Of a stretch of DNA of 64,000 nt, positions 42,785 through 52,701 are shown one piece after another. Source of the DNA: Acidimicrobiia bacterium (GTDB taxonomy: Bacteria > Actinomycetota > Acidimicrobiia > Spongiisociales > ZC4RG35); assembly GCA_013812505.1 (NCBI GenBank), contig JACCTH010000043.1:3008-67007 (forward strand), given 5' to 3'. The notes beneath the pieces are model-generated. The model did no database searches. It was given only the letters and a program-made list of their open reading frames with translations, and was not told where the DNA came from. A program made the position numbers and the translations under genes. Each line of letters begins with the position of its first letter. Positions within the stretch are counted from its first letter, which is position 1.

Positions 42785-45478
42785 TCAGCGGCGTTTGCGG
42801 CGCATCAGCCGCTGCAGGGTTTCCGACTCTGAAAGCACCTCGGGCTTCTGACCCGAAGCCGCCGCCTCCTCTTTGACCGTCTCCACCCGCTTCTTTTCCC
42901 GGGTACGCGCCGTCACCATTCCTTCGCGCCAAAGATCCACATCACCGGCGGTGAACACGAGCCGGCGCATCGCCACGTCAACCAGGAAGAGGGCTAGCGC
43001 CATTGCGGCCAGCCACGGCCAGATCGAAATCTCAGCGCGACCCTGTTCGGGAGCGGGATCGAAAATCGAGGCGATGTCGGGATTGAGGCGCCCACCGGTC
43101 AAGCTCGTCAGGTCGTTGCCGAGGGTGGGGTCGGGCTCGCGGAAGGCGAACTCCTCTTCATAGGCCGAAACCGCCCCCGAACCCGAGGTCACCTGGGAGC
43201 CGTCCGGGTTTTGTTGCGTGACTGCCACCCAGTAGGCGCCGGCCGGTCCGAGCGGGGCCGACCCGGAGAACTCCGACTCGGATGTGCGAGTCAAAGGGAC
43301 GACACTGAGCTGACCATCGGGACCTCGCACCCGGGCCGTGGCGGTGCTGTCCAAGTCGGCACCCACCGCCGAATACCGGATTTGGAGCTGGCCGTCTTCG
43401 ACAAACGTGACCGGAGGGTTGTCACGGCCGGCGGGGAGGACGTCACGGACCACGTTGCCCCAAAAATCGGAGTATCCCTCCCAGTCGACCCATTGGGTCA
43501 GCCAGCGAGCGGTGGCATCCGAGGTCCAGGCCGTCGCTCTTCCGAGCCCGCGCTGCCAGGTCGCCAGCAACGGGTCGGCTTGGCCGATCTCCATCAGCAC
43601 CGACGCTGTTCCCTTCGCCTTGGTGAGGACATAACCAAGGAGCGGTGGGGACTCAACGAGCTCAGCCGTCACCGGGGAAGGAGCGGAGAGAACCGGAAAG
43701 AAAGTTCCCTCGGTGGCAAGGTTGCGAGCCACTGTCAGCGTCTCCTGGACAAAGATCTCGGGAATTGCCTCGAGATCCTCGCCGGCGTAGTAGCGGCCCC
43801 CGCCCAGCTCAGCCATCCGCTCAAGAGTTGTGCCGGGACCCTCACCCGTGCCGAGCACGGAGAGGGTGACTCCGGCGTCGGCGATCTCGCGCGCGATTGG
43901 AAGCAAGTTGGCGTCGCTCGGGTCCCAACCGTCGGTGAAGAGAACGATGTGACGGAGTTGCTCGGGTGCTCCAGCCAGCTCCGCCAACGCCACCTCGAGG
44001 GCATTGGAGATCTCAGTGTCGCCGTTGGCGGTGATGCCGCTGAGGGCATCGGCCGCATCAGTGATCCCCGACCGCTCCTGGAGGGGAATTACCCAGTCGG
44101 TGCCGGAGGTAAAGGTCAACACGCCCACCCGATCGGAAGCCGAAAGAGCCTCAATCGCCAGCTCAGCTCCAGCCCGGGCGATATCGGTCTTGACGACTCC
44201 GGTGTTGACGGCGCTGCCCATGTCGCAGTGGCAGGCGCCCATCGACCCGGAGGTGTCGATCACGAGCACTTCCGCCACCGGCTGGCGACGCACGAGGTCG
44301 TCGGGGTTCGAGGAGACCGGCAGAACCGCCTCGAGTGGAGTCTGGTGATAGTCGCCGAGCCCGAAGGAGCGGTCACCCCCAATCACGACTAGGCCACGAC
44401 CCAGCTCCTCAACGAAGGCCGCCAGCGCTTCAGCGTCGTCGGTGTCGGGGCGATCGAAGTTGACCAGGATCACCGCGTCGTAATTGAGCAGCTCGGCCGC
44501 AGTGGGGATCGAACGGCGTTCCTCGACGTCGATCCCGCCTGCAATCAATGCGCGGGATAACGCGTCGGCTTCACCATCGACTCCCTCGACCACCGCGACC
44601 TTGGCCGGGCCGAGGATGCGGGTTATTCCCTCCGCCTGGTTGTTCTCGGCTCGAGTGTCGAAACCGGCCTCGACCGTTGCCGCGACCGAGAGGAACCCCG
44701 ATCCGGTTCCCGCGAGCTCGACCGTGATTTCGTTGCGGCCCGAAACCAGGTCGACTTGGATCAGTTGCTCTTCGCCACCGCTCTCGACGATGAGCGTGGC
44801 GCTGCCGGCTTGGTTCGATCGGATCACCACCGTGGCGTCGACGCTGTCGCCTTCGCGCACAACGGCAGGCAACTGCACGCTCTCCACCAACGCGTCGGCA
44901 CTCCTCGAGGCGTCCAACTCAACAATGTCGAGGGCGATCCCAGCCTCCGCCAGGCGCCGGGCCGCGGCTCGTGCGTCGCCGGTCGTCGGCACCAGATCGG
45001 TCAGAAGCACGACCCGTCTCGATCCTTCGCTGGGCATCAGCGCGGCGATTGCGTCCAGAGCAGAGGCGAGGTCGGTGGCGGAGTCGTCGGGGTTCGTTCG
45101 GATTGGGCCGGGCTGGCGATCGATACGGAAGGCCGAGTCGAGCTGGGTATTGCGCCCGAACACCCCGATGGCGGTCCGTTCATCGCCCCTCGCGGCGGCG
45201 AGCGCAGCGGCGAGGAAAGCCTCTTGGTCGGCCGCGGCCGCGCTGGAGATGGAGGCCGATCGATCAAGAAGGAAGAGCACCGAACGCTGGTCGACCGCTC
45301 GGGTGAGGATCGGCTGGGCGGCGGCCAGGACGAGAGCAGCCACCGCGACCAAGCGGATCACCACCGCCCACCGATGCTGGCGTCGAGGAACGGTCCGCCC
45401 GCCGCGCCGGGCGATCAGCCAAATGAGGGCCAACCCAGGCAGAAGCGCCACCAACCACCAGGGGTTGGCAAAGGTCAC
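42785..45478 (-). CDS. Double-TM-anchored protein with two VWA domains flanking a GATase1-like domain, C-terminal TM
   Basis: The N-terminus FANPWWLVALLPGLALIWLIARR is BatA-N-like. MIDAS motifs DRSASIS and DTSGSMG. Middle part AVILVNFD...LVVIGGDRSFG. GTG 45478 forms a GTGA overlap with the upstream stop. Confidence 0.82.
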   Translation of the reverse strand: MTFANPWWLVALLPGLALIWLIARRGGRTVPRRQHRWAVVIRLVAVAALVLAAAQPILTRAVDQRSVLFLLDRSASISSAAAADQEAFLAAALAAARGDERTAIGVFGRNTQLDSAFRIDRQPGPIRTNPDDSATDLASALDAIAALMPSEGSRRVVLLTDLVPTTGDARAAARRLAEAGIALDIVELDASRSADALVESVQLPAVVREGDSVDATVVIRSNQAGSATLIVESGGEEQLIQVDLVSGRNEITVELAGTGSGFLSVAATVEAGFDTRAENNQAEGITRILGPAKVAVVEGVDGEADALSRALIAGGIDVEERRSIPTAAELLNYDAVILVNFDRPDTDDAEALAAFVEELGRGLVVIGGDRSFGLGDYHQTPLEAVLPVSSNPDDLVRRQPVAEVLVIDTSGSMGACHCDMGSAVNTGVVKTDIARAGAELAIEALSASDRVGVLTFTSGTDWVIPLQERSGITDAADALSGITANGDTEISNALEVALAELAGAPEQLRHIVLFTDGWDPSDANLLPIAREIADAGVTLSVLGTGEGPGTTLERMAELGGGRYYAGEDLEAIPEIFVQETLTVARNLATEGTFFPVLSAPSPVTAELVESPPLLGYVLTKAKGTASVLMEIGQADPLLATWQRGLGRATAWTSDATARWLTQWVDWEGYSDFWGNVVRDVLPAGRDNPPVTFVEDGQLQIRYSAVGADLDSTATARVRGPDGQLSVVPLTRTSESEFSGSAPLGPAGAYWVAVTQQNPDGSQVTSGSGAVSAYEEEFAFREPDPTLGNDLTSLTGGRLNPDIASIFDPAPEQGRAEISIWPWLAAMALALFLVDVAMRRLVFTAGDVDLWREGMVTARTREKKRVETVKEEAAASGQKPEVLSESETLQRLMRRKRR

Positions 45479-47283
45479 GACGTCACCACCTTCCGCCGGG
45501 GAAGGAACGGCCGCTGGTGGCCCACCCACCATTCAATCGCCATCAGCGCCAAAGCCAGGGCGATAACCCACGGCGCCCATTCCCTGATCCGGACCGAGGC
45601 CTCTTCGGCCGCGGTGACGGCGCCGGTGGTGGCGATGTCCCGGCTGGCCCCGGCCGATTCGTCGGCGACAAATGTTCGCACTGCGACCGGCCCCCCGGTG
45701 ACGGCGCCCTCGGCGTCGATATAGGACACTTCGTAGACGCCGGGCTGATCGGTGTCGGCAAACTGCGCTGATCCTTCGACCAACTCGCGAACCTCGCCAC
45801 CGGGCATGGTCACCCGGGCCAACGAGCCTGCCGGAGTGGCAAGGCCAATGGGGGTCCCGGCGGCATCGGTGGAGGCGTTGATCGACGTGGCGCCGGCCAG
45901 CCAGCTCAAGATCCGGGCGCCCAGGATGGGAAAGCCCACCTGAACGGGCAGGTTGGACTTGGTGATGTCGAAAGTGAAATAGGCAACTCGCTGTCCGTTG
46001 ATCTCACCGAGCAGGATCAAAGGGACGTCGCCGGCGCGCACCAACGTCAGCCAGCGCGGGGCGACGACAACTTGCGCTTCGCCGACAACCAACCCTGAGA
46101 GGTCGACCGCATCGAGGATCGGCTCTCCGGGCCGCTGATAGGTAACAGCCAAGTTGCCCGCGAATTGGCTGGCGGTCACACCTTCGGGGGTGGCTTCGGG
46201 GGCGATGAGCCAGGTCGGACGATCGATCGTCGGCAACGGACCGCCGTCGGAGATGACAATCGCGGGGGTGCCTTCGCCCTGGTTGGTGAAACCGGGCACC
46301 GCATCGACCAACGCCTCGAGGAAGGGCGAGCCCTCCCCCAGCACGGAGACGAGCTGTTCGGGCGCCGAGCCCACAATCAACGTCGCGGAGTCGTCGAGCG
46401 GCAGGGAGTCGGCGTTGTCGAGCAGCCGGACTGTCAGCCGGTCGCCGGGGCCGGCGTCGATCGGGGTGGTCTCACGAGCCGAACCTTGCGCCGGGACTTC
46501 CAGCTCGATCGAACCGGCCGGAAGATCGTTGACCGCCATCTCCGCTCGCACGGTTCGTGTTTCCGCTCCGTAGTTGACAAGGTTTAGAAAAGCTCGCGTG
46601 GTTCCCTCGGTCGAAGGCGCGAGACTCCAAGCCGCCACCGCCAGGTTGTCGCCGAAGTCGTCGTAGCGGAGCATCTCGGCTCCTTCCACCGGTTCCTCGG
46701 GCAAGGGTTGGCTGCCTCCGTCGGTGAGCAACAGGACGCTGGTCGGTCGATCAGGGGTGGCGAGCCCGCGAGCCAGACGCACCGCTCCGGAGAGATCGGC
46801 GACGCCCCCGCCCGCTTCGAGCGAATTGATCGCCTCGGTGACCAACGCCGGGTCGCGGCCAAAAGCGAGCAGCACCCGCGGGTTCGGACCGGCTTCGATG
46901 ATCGAAACCTGGTTCGCCTCCGAGAGGTCGCTGACCAAGGAGAGCGCCTGCGTCTTCGCGGTCTCGAGCCGGCCCGCCATCCCCATCGACCCCGAGGTGT
47001 CAAAAACCAACGCGGTGTGGGGACCGAGCAGCGTTCGCTCGCGGTAGAAAGGCCGGGCAAGGGTGAGGACGAAGGCGGCGAGGACCGCCAGTTGGAGGAG
47101 CAACAAGGGAGTCCATCGGAGCTTTTGCCAGGGAACGGCCGACGACACCGGGATCTCGGCCTTCTCCCACAGCATGATGCTCGGCACCTCCACCCGGGGC
47201 CGGCGGCTTCGCAGCATGTAAAGGACGATGAGCGGCCCGGCCAATGCCGCCAGGCCGAAGCCGGCGGGTATCAAGAAACTCAT
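45475..47283 (-). CDS. BatA-like VWA protein (N-terminal double-TM aerotolerance-regulator-type domain)
   Basis: MSFLIPAGFGLAALAGPLIVLYMLRSRR, MIDAS DTSGSMG, LLLTDGG, plus a ~350-aa uncharacterised C-terminal region and a C-terminal TM. Confidence 0.82.
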   Translation of the reverse strand: MSFLIPAGFGLAALAGPLIVLYMLRSRRPRVEVPSIMLWEKAEIPVSSAVPWQKLRWTPLLLLQLAVLAAFVLTLARPFYRERTLLGPHTALVFDTSGSMGMAGRLETAKTQALSLVSDLSEANQVSIIEAGPNPRVLLAFGRDPALVTEAINSLEAGGGVADLSGAVRLARGLATPDRPTSVLLLTDGGSQPLPEEPVEGAEMLRYDDFGDNLAVAAWSLAPSTEGTTRAFLNLVNYGAETRTVRAEMAVNDLPAGSIELEVPAQGSARETTPIDAGPGDRLTVRLLDNADSLPLDDSATLIVGSAPEQLVSVLGEGSPFLEALVDAVPGFTNQGEGTPAIVISDGGPLPTIDRPTWLIAPEATPEGVTASQFAGNLAVTYQRPGEPILDAVDLSGLVVGEAQVVVAPRWLTLVRAGDVPLILLGEINGQRVAYFTFDITKSNLPVQVGFPILGARILSWLAGATSINASTDAAGTPIGLATPAGSLARVTMPGGEVRELVEGSAQFADTDQPGVYEVSYIDAEGAVTGGPVAVRTFVADESAGASRDIATTGAVTAAEEASVRIREWAPWVIALALALMAIEWWVGHQRPFLPRRKVVTS

Positions 47284-48140
47284 ACCAGCGCCTCGGTCCG
47301 CGAGAGGGCGCTCAGCACGTTCATTGGAGCATCGTCGGTTGCCGGAACGAGGACATAGTCGACACCCGCCCGCCGCGCTCGTGCGGCAGCTTCGGTGGCA
47401 AAAGCCTCGAGCGCCGCCCGGTAACGCCGCATCGCCTCTTCCGAGGTCGACACCTCGACTTCGCCCCCGGATTCGGAATCAGCCAAACGCAGGTCGCCGG
47501 CCAAACCCGGATCAAGCTCCTCCTCGCCGAGAACATGGAGGATGATCCCTCCGGCGCCGATCCCGAGGCCGTCGAGAGCGGACCCAAAGTCGGGGCTGAG
47601 AAGGTCGGAGACGAGGATGAGGGCGCCGCGTGTCGTGCCTTCGCCGACCAGCTTGCGCAATGTAGGAGCGAGCTCGCCTCCGCCCCCGGTCGGCAGTTGT
47701 TCCAGCCAGGCTTCGAGCTGCGGCCAGCGGGAGAGATGCCGCCCGGCGGGACCGACCTGCAACGACGTACCTCCGACCGCGTAGACCTGAACCCGATCGC
47801 CGCCCGCCAGCCCGAGGTAAACAATCATCCCCGCCAGGACCTTTCCGATCTCAGCCTTGCGGTAGAAACCCATCGATTTCGAGACATCCAGAACCACGCG
47901 CAGCGGGAGCTCTTCTTCCGCTTCGAATTGGCGGACCAGGAGCACGCCCAGCCTTGCCCAGAGGTTGTGATCGATTCGGCGAAAGTCATCGCCCGGGACG
48001 TATTGGCGGTAGTCGGCGAAGTCGAGGCTTTCCCCTTTGTGGCGCGAACGGTGCCGGCCCGCCCATTGCGCGATCACTCGCCGGCGAGTCACGAGGGAAA
48101 GCCGCTCGAGACGGCCGCGCAGCTCGGCCGGGAGCAGCAT
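47280..48140 (-). CDS. DUF58 family protein
   Basis: GESLDFADYRQYVPGDDFRRIDHNLWARLGVLLVRQFEAEEE is the DUF58 hallmark. Confidence 0.85.
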   Translation of the reverse strand: MLLPAELRGRLERLSLVTRRRVIAQWAGRHRSRHKGESLDFADYRQYVPGDDFRRIDHNLWARLGVLLVRQFEAEEELPLRVVLDVSKSMGFYRKAEIGKVLAGMIVYLGLAGGDRVQVYAVGGTSLQVGPAGRHLSRWPQLEAWLEQLPTGGGGELAPTLRKLVGEGTTRGALILVSDLLSPDFGSALDGLGIGAGGIILHVLGEEELDPGLAGDLRLADSESGGEVEVSTSEEAMRRYRAALEAFATEAAARARRAGVDYVLVPATDDAPMNVLSALSRTEALV

Positions 48141-49108
48141 CAGGAAACTGGTTGTGGCGAAGGGTGGGCTTCGAGCACCTCGGAAACGATTTGGTCGGCG
48201 CGGACGCCGTCGGCCAGTGCCTCGTATCCGAGAACCAGCCGGTGCCGGAGCGACATCGGGGCGACCTTCCAGATGTCCTCTGCTGCCAGGTTGGGGCGGC
48301 CGGCGAAGAGGGCAAATGCCTTGCCGCCGAGGATGAGGGCTTGGGCTCCCCGGGGGCTGGCGCCGTTGCGGACATAGCGCTTCACCAGCTCGGGTGCTTT
48401 CTCGCTTTCCGGATGGGTCGCTTCCACCAGCGTCGCCGCGTAGTGAAGGAGATGCGACCCCGCGGGAAGGTCGCGCACCAACTCCGACATCTCGACGATT
48501 GCCGCCCCGTCCATGACCGCGTTCGGCTCCGTCTCGGGTCCGGCCGTCGTTCGTTTGAGGATCTCGACCACGTCGTCTGCCGGCGGGAACCCAACCAGCG
48601 CCTTGAACAAGAAGCGGTCGAGTTGCGCTTCTGGCAGCGGATAGGTGCCTTCCTGCTCAATCGGATTCTGGGTGGCCATCACCAGGAATGGCCGGGGCAG
48701 TTGATGCGTCTCCCCGCCCAGGGTCACCCGTCGTTCTTGCATCGCTTCGAGCAGGGCGGACTGAGTCTTCGGCGTGGCGCGGTTGATCTCGTCAGCAAGG
48801 ACGAGGTTGGCGAAGATCGGGCCTTGGTGGAACTTGAAGTCGTTGCCTGTGAGGACCTTGGTGCCGAGGATGTCGGCTGGCATCAAGTCGGGAGTGAACT
48901 GGACCCGGCCGAACTCGACGTCGAGCACTTTCCCCAACGTCGCCAGGAGCTTGGTCTTGCCCAGGCCCGGCACCCCTTCGAGGAGAACATGGCCTTCGCA
49001 AATCGCGGCGACCAGCACGGTCTCGACGAGATCTTTCTGCCCGACGATGACCTTGCCGACCTCGGCGCGAGCGGCGGCTAGGTGGGTGGCGAACTCTTCT
49101 GGGTTCAT
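48140..49108 (-). CDS. moxR: MoxR-family AAA+ ATPase
   Basis: HVLLEGVPGLGKT, LLADEINRATPKTQSALLEAMQE and ATQNPIEQEGTYPLPEAQLDRF. Confidence 0.92.
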   Translation of the reverse strand: MNPEEFATHLAAARAEVGKVIVGQKDLVETVLVAAICEGHVLLEGVPGLGKTKLLATLGKVLDVEFGRVQFTPDLMPADILGTKVLTGNDFKFHQGPIFANLVLADEINRATPKTQSALLEAMQERRVTLGGETHQLPRPFLVMATQNPIEQEGTYPLPEAQLDRFLFKALVGFPPADDVVEILKRTTAGPETEPNAVMDGAAIVEMSELVRDLPAGSHLLHYAATLVEATHPESEKAPELVKRYVRNGASPRGAQALILGGKAFALFAGRPNLAAEDIWKVAPMSLRHRLVLGYEALADGVRADQIVSEVLEAHPSPQPVS

Positions 49109-50736
49109 GGCTCCAACTCCGTGAAGTATTGGCGGACGAGGTCGGCCAAATCGGCCGGGATGACCATACGGTCTAGCGAGTCGAGAGCCGTGTTTCGATA
49201 GTCCGTGAACCGATCGGTGTAGCTCTGCAATGGGACGTTTTCGAGACCCTGGCCGGTCGCGGTCCCGAGCGGGTCGCCCGGAGTCGTGCCGCCGGTGAGA
49301 TCGACTCGAACTTCGTCGCCCAAGCCGGCCTCGACCGGGTCGAAGACGCTGCTGCGGCTCGGGTCGCGGCTCGGGTCGTGATCTCCGCTGCCGCTGCCGA
49401 CGGTGCCCGACCCGGTGCCCCCCGAAGTCGAGCCGGTGCCGCTTTGCCCACCAGCACCCGCACCGCCACCGGCGCCACCCTGTCCCTGACCTTGTCCCTG
49501 GCCTTGGCCTTGTCCCTGGCCCTGACCTTGTCCCTGACCCTGACCTTGTCCCTGGCCCTGACCTTGTCCCTGGCCCTGACCTTGCCCTTGGCCCTGTCCC
49601 TGGGCTTGGCCTTGGGCCTGGGCGTCGCTTAGCCGCTGTTGGGCGTCGCGGACGTCGGCCTGGGCCTGGGCACGGTTGGCCGCGCCTGCGGCGGCGGCAT
49701 TGCTGGCGTCGAGCTGGCCTGCGGCGTCCGCCAAAGCCTCGGCTGCGGCGGCAGCCGCGTCGGGGTTTGCGGCCGCCTCGCCCAGAGCCTGCGCGGCACC
49801 GGCGAGAGCATCGGAAAGCTCCTGGTCGATGCCGGCCAGGTCCTCGGCCCGGGCCGAAAGTTCGGCCGCCGCGGCTGCCATCTCGGCGGGGCTGGCGTTG
49901 GCTAGACCCGCCGCCAGATTGCGCAGTTGCTCGGCTGCCGACGCTCCCGTGGCGAGGGGATTTTGCTGCAAGCGGCGCTCGAGACCGGCCAGAGCTGTTC
50001 GCTGCGCCAGTTCAGCCGGATCGGCCTGGCTCGCTAGTTCCTGGCGGGCCTCGCCCAATGCCGCTACTGCTTGTTCCAACGTCTCGGCTTGCGCCAGCTC
50101 GGCCAGCAGCGCTTCGAGAGTCTCTTTCACCTCGGGGGTGGCTTCGGCGGCGGCTTCGGTGAGCCGATCGATCTCGTCCTGGATGAGCTGTTGTTGCGCT
50201 CGCCGCTCGGCCAGCGCCACATCGGCCGCCGACGGGACCAGCGCCATGAGCAAGGTCGCGGCAAGGGCCACAATCACCAGCCGTGGCAGCCAGCCCCGCG
50301 GAACCACCCGGACCAGCCCGTCGAGGCTGCGGCCGCTCGCCCAAACGTCTGCTGCTCGAAGCTGAAGATCCTCGTACTCGTGTCGTTCGTCGAGAGCACC
50401 GAGCTCGAGCGCGGTGGAAATCCGGTCGAAGCCGCCCAATCGGCGATCGACCGAGAGGGCGGCGCCCGCCGGGGAGGAGCGCCGCCACAACGCCAACCCC
50501 ACTCCAACCAGGACCGCCAAACCGATCACCCCAAAAGCGACAGGTTCGGCCCAGGGGATCACCGTGTAACGAGCGACGCCCACAAGGATTGAGGCGAGCG
50601 CTGCTGCGACTCCGACCGCGACCAGGATCGTCTGCAGGAGGCCCGCGACCAGCAGACGGCCCCGAGCTCGTCCCACCAAATCCCGAACGCCAGTGGGGAC
50701 CGTGGGGTTGCGAAGAGGGCTCATAGTCTTAGACAT
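49105..50736 (-). CDS. Membrane-anchored Ala-rich coiled-coil protein with long (Gly-Gln)n tract
   Basis: Three TM segments in the first ~170 aa, then an A/E/Q/L-rich region, a (GQ)n run, a G/S/T-rich tract and a short conserved-looking C-terminus. Start is ATG 50736 or 50724. Confidence 0.7.
   Translation of the reverse strand: MSKTMSPLRNPTVPTGVRDLVGRARGRLLVAGLLQTILVAVGVAAALASILVGVARYTVIPWAEPVAFGVIGLAVLVGVGLALWRRSSPAGAALSVDRRLGGFDRISTALELGALDERHEYEDLQLRAADVWASGRSLDGLVRVVPRGWLPRLVIVALAATLLMALVPSAADVALAERRAQQQLIQDEIDRLTEAAAEATPEVKETLEALLAELAQAETLEQAVAALGEARQELASQADPAELAQRTALAGLERRLQQNPLATGASAAEQLRNLAAGLANASPAEMAAAAAELSARAEDLAGIDQELSDALAGAAQALGEAAANPDAAAAAAEALADAAGQLDASNAAAAGAANRAQAQADVRDAQQRLSDAQAQGQAQGQGQGQGQGQGQGQGQGQGQGQGQGQGQGQGQGQGQGQGQGGAGGGAGAGGQSGTGSTSGGTGSGTVGSGSGDHDPSRDPSRSSVFDPVEAGLGDEVRVDLTGGTTPGDPLGTATGQGLENVPLQSYTDRFTDYRNTALDSLDRMVIPADLADLVRQYFTELEP
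49479..49623. repeat. Hexanucleotide microsatellite (ctgKcc/ttgKcc units) encoding (GQ)n
   Basis: About 145 bp of near-perfect 6-nt periodicity on the plus strand (ccctgaccttgtccctggccttgg...). It lies inside the 543-aa CDS. Confidence 0.9.
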
Positions 50737-51763
50737 TGCGTCTCCGTTTCGTGAGGAAGATCCTGCGAGCCGGTGCCCGAACTACAAAGGCTGCCCGCAG
50801 CAGGGCGAGAGCGGTGATGGCGGCGTAGATGATCAGCGTGCGCGTCCAAACCGGACCGCGCCTGACCCGAACTGCAAGCTCGTCCTGTCCCGGCGCGGGA
50901 AAGGGCTGTATGACCGCCATTTCCGCGGCGAAGCCAACCCCAAACTGCCCGCCGAAGCCCCCTCCCATCGAGATCGCGGGTGTCGACACCCCCTGGCGCG
51001 CATAGACGATCGCGTCGAACGCCGCGAAGGGGGTGAGGGTGTAGTCGGTGGGGACACGCAAAGGCTGACGGATGGCATCGACCATGCCGACATAGGGATT
51101 GAGCCACGACGAATAGAACTCGCGGCCACGAGCCGGGATCAAAGCCTGGTCGGAAGGACGAGCCAAGAAGAGCTCGCCAAGAAAGATCGCCAAGCTCAAG
51201 AAGCCGATGATGAAGGCAATCGCGTACGAGCCGGCAACTGCTCCGCGACTGGAACGAGCGCGCGAGGACACGGCGATGGCGACGCTCCCCAGGGTGATCG
51301 CGGTGGCGAGCATCATCGCCAACGCGGCGCCGATGTCACCGGCCGACATTCCGCCAAAGAGCAGCGGGATCGCCACGACCGGTCCGACAGCGATGAGCAG
51401 CAGGAGGAAGTAGCCGATCGAAGAGGAGAGCTTGCCGAGCACCAATTGGATTGGGCTCAACTGCGTCACCTGGAGCAGAGGCAGGGTTTGGCGTTCGCGT
51501 TCGGTGACAATCGACAACGCGGTCACCCCCGGGACAATCAGGACTACGGCGGTCATCATCAACACCGCCATCGCCTGAAACAGGAATCGGCCCATGTACT
51601 GGGTGGCGATGAGCCGGCCGAGAACCTGGTTGGCGACCTGCTGGCTGACCAGATAGGCAACGTAGCCGATCATGCCGACGCCGATCGTCCAGGCAAATAG
51701 GAACCAGGGGGCGCGCCGGCTGCGGAAGCGCTCCATCACCTCGCGGCGCAAGACCGGGTTCAT
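50729..51763 (-). CDS. ABC-2/NosY-GldF-like permease with C-terminal extension
   Basis: TERERQTLPLL motif after TM2, six TMs, then a ~110-aa extension and a final TM. ATGA overlap with the ATPase gene. Confidence 0.78.
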   Translation of the reverse strand: MNPVLRREVMERFRSRRAPWFLFAWTIGVGMIGYVAYLVSQQVANQVLGRLIATQYMGRFLFQAMAVLMMTAVVLIVPGVTALSIVTERERQTLPLLQVTQLSPIQLVLGKLSSSIGYFLLLLIAVGPVVAIPLLFGGMSAGDIGAALAMMLATAITLGSVAIAVSSRARSSRGAVAGSYAIAFIIGFLSLAIFLGELFLARPSDQALIPARGREFYSSWLNPYVGMVDAIRQPLRVPTDYTLTPFAAFDAIVYARQGVSTPAISMGGGFGGQFGVGFAAEMAVIQPFPAPGQDELAVRVRRGPVWTRTLIIYAAITALALLRAAFVVRAPARRIFLTKRRRNV

Positions 51764-52701
51764 GAGTCGTTGCTTTCGCTGCCCGTGATACTCAAGAAGA
51801 GCTCCTCGAGGCCGGCGACCTCGAGCCGCCAGTCATAGATACGGCGACCGGAGCCGATCACGAGCGCCAGGATGCGGGCCGAGTCTTCGTCTTCGCCAGT
51901 CAGGACGAAACGCAGGCGCCCTCGCTCCACATCGACTTCGCTCACCTCGGGCTGTCCTGACAGGATGGTGGCCACCTCGTCGACTTCTTCGTCGGGGGTG
52001 CGCAGAGTGATCCGGCGATTGGCGGTGAGGGTCCGGCGAATCTCGTTCAGATCGCCGGACGCCTTGACCTTGCCTTCGTCGATGACGGCCAGGTGTGAGC
52101 AGATGCCCTCTAGCTCGGAGAGGATGTGGGAAGAGATGATCACTGTCTTTCCCATTCGCGACAGTTCGGCGATCAGCTCGCGGAGATGAACTCGGGCGCG
52201 AGGGTCGAGGCCGGAAGCCGGCTCGTCGAGAACAAGAAGCTGGGGGTCATGGATCAAGGCGCGGGCGAGTGAGAGGCGTTGCTTCATTCCCCGCGACAAG
52301 GTGTTGACATCTGCGTCCGCCTTGCCTTCGAGATCAACGAGGCCCAAGAGGTCGGCGATCAGCGCCGGACGTTTGGCGGCTGGGACTTTGGTGGCCGCAG
52401 CGAAGAAGTCGAGATACTCCGTGGTGGTTAAGTTTTCGTAGAACCCGAACACGTCGGGCATATAGCCGAGGACTTTGCGTACCGCTCTCGGCTCGACCTG
52501 GGGGTCCTTGCCCGCCACTTCCACCTTGCCCGCGTCGCGGGCGAGCAGGCTCGAGATGACCAGCATCGAGGTCGTTTTGCCGGCACCGTTAGGCCCGATT
52601 AACCCATAAATCGACCCCTCGGGAACGTCGAGGTCGATGCCGTTCATCGCCATCACCTCGCCGTAGCGCTTCTCTACCCCTTCCAGGATGGCGATTCCCA
52701 T
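51760..52701 (-). CDS. ABC transporter ATP-binding protein
   Basis: GPNGAGKTT, LSRGMKQRL and LLVLDEPASGLD. Confidence 0.92.
   Translation of the reverse strand: MGIAILEGVEKRYGEVMAMNGIDLDVPEGSIYGLIGPNGAGKTTSMLVISSLLARDAGKVEVAGKDPQVEPRAVRKVLGYMPDVFGFYENLTTTEYLDFFAAATKVPAAKRPALIADLLGLVDLEGKADADVNTLSRGMKQRLSLARALIHDPQLLVLDEPASGLDPRARVHLRELIAELSRMGKTVIISSHILSELEGICSHLAVIDEGKVKASGDLNEIRRTLTANRRITLRTPDEEVDEVATILSGQPEVSEVDVERGRLRFVLTGEDEDSARILALVIGSGRRIYDWRLEVAGLEELFLSITGSESNDS

Noticed and set aside
49378-49632. Plus-strand LSLALTLS-repeat ORF, and the idea that the 6-nt periodic tract could be a CRISPR or other non-coding array
   Set aside because: There are no spacers, the period is only 6 nt, and the tract is in frame within a long minus-strand CDS that is overlap-coupled to its neighbours.
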